From NCBI GenBank assembly GCA_034669905.1, contig JAXMOL010000068.1:1-39430 (forward strand): DNA of 39,430 bases, in the 5' to 3' direction. Each line of letters starts with the position of its first letter. The first letter of the stretch is position 1. The position numbers were made by a program, and so were the translations under genes. This document shows positions 38,870 to 39,430 of the stretch, piece after piece. This DNA comes from Candidatus Hydrogenedentota bacterium. Lineage in GTDB: Bacteria > Hydrogenedentota > Hydrogenedentia > Hydrogenedentales > JAEUWI01. The notes under the pieces were generated by a model. That model did no database searches. It saw nothing but the letters and a program-made list of their open reading frames with translations, and was not told the origin of the DNA.

Positions 38870-39430
38870 GTCGTACCCTCTTCTTCATCGCACTCCTCGG
38901 GATAGCCCGCTCCGCGATGGCCGTTACGCTTATCGTAGATGACGTCAGCACCGCGCCATCCAACGCCTTTCAGTTGCCCTTGTCTATCGATGTAACGACG
39001 GACGACGAGGTGGCGGCCATTCAGTTTGACCTCCTCTTTGATACGGCCATCTTTGAAGCAGGCGCCATCGCGTCCGGACCAGCCAGTGAAAGTGCCGAAA
39101 AAAGCATTTCGGTAACGACCCAGCCGGACGGCTCCGTACGTGTCTTGCTCATTGGCTTCAATCAGAATGTGTACGCCGATGGGGTCGTAGCCCTCGCGGA
39201 CCTCTCCGTGCTGTCGGAGGCCGTCGCAGGAGAACACCTGATAACGCTCGCCAACGTATTGCTTTCGGATCCCTTCGGATTCCCATTGGAAGGTCAAGTA
39301 ATGCCCGGTACGATCACCGTCGCTGAAGGGGAAGGCGAAGGGGAAGGGGAAGGCGAAGGCGAAGGGGAAGGGGAAGGCGAAGGGGAAGGGGAAGGTGAAG
39401 GTGAAGGGGAAGGTGAAGGGGAAGGGGAAG
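38866..39430 (+). CDS. Secreted cohesin-like domain protein with EG linker (runs off the window; absent from the ORF track)
   Basis: Own translation MSRTLFFIALLGIARSAMA-VTLIVDDV...LPLSI...AAIQFDLLFD...GPASESAEK...RVLLIGFN...GVVALA...SDPFG...GTITVA-(EG)n; ATGA overlap with the previous stop. Confidence 0.82.
   Translation, partial: MSRTLFFIALLGIARSAMAVTLIVDDVSTAPSNAFQLPLSIDVTTDDEVAAIQFDLLFDTAIFEAGAIASGPASESAEKSISVTTQPDGSVRVLLIGFNQNVYADGVVALADLSVLSEAVAGEHLITLANVLLSDPFGFPLEGQVMPGTITVAEGEGEGEGEGEGEGEGEGEGEGEGEGEGEGEGEGE
39325..39430 (+). repeat. Coding GAAGGN hexamer repeat encoding at least (EG)17
   Basis: GAAGGG/GAAGGC/GAAGGT units to the end of the window. Confidence 0.95.

Overview
GC-rich bacterial chromosomal window. 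Long (Glu-Gly)n linkers, many sulfatases and Tat-exported sugar enzymes suggest Candidatus Hydrogenedentota or a PVC-like lineage; this is inference only. Housekeeping genes: clpB, sufBCDSU, nadA, carB, greA, guaBA. Accessory genes: an intact VapBC toxin-antitoxin pair, two antitoxins whose toxins survive only as remnants (HicB, Phd), four TPM-domain genes, two sulfatase-family genes with non-canonical active-site motifs, a CREST/ceramidase-like membrane hydrolase, a group III truncated hemoglobin with an NsrR-like box, and Tat-exported Gfo/Idh/MocA and TIM-barrel sugar enzymes. The most notable candidate system is at the right end: a translationally coupled operon of at least three secreted cohesin-like proteins (two membrane-anchored, one continuing into an EG linker), preceded by a signal-peptide ORF ending in an arrest-peptide-like xGPP motif. 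Also notable: an EG-linker protein with a Gly-Cys + TM C-terminal sorting-like signal, a 118-bp duplication of the nadA 3' end around an orphan antitoxin, and several families of 7-, 9- and 10-bp periodic or inverted intergenic repeats that bracket accessory genes. No rRNA, tRNA, CRISPR array, integrase or transposase was recognised.
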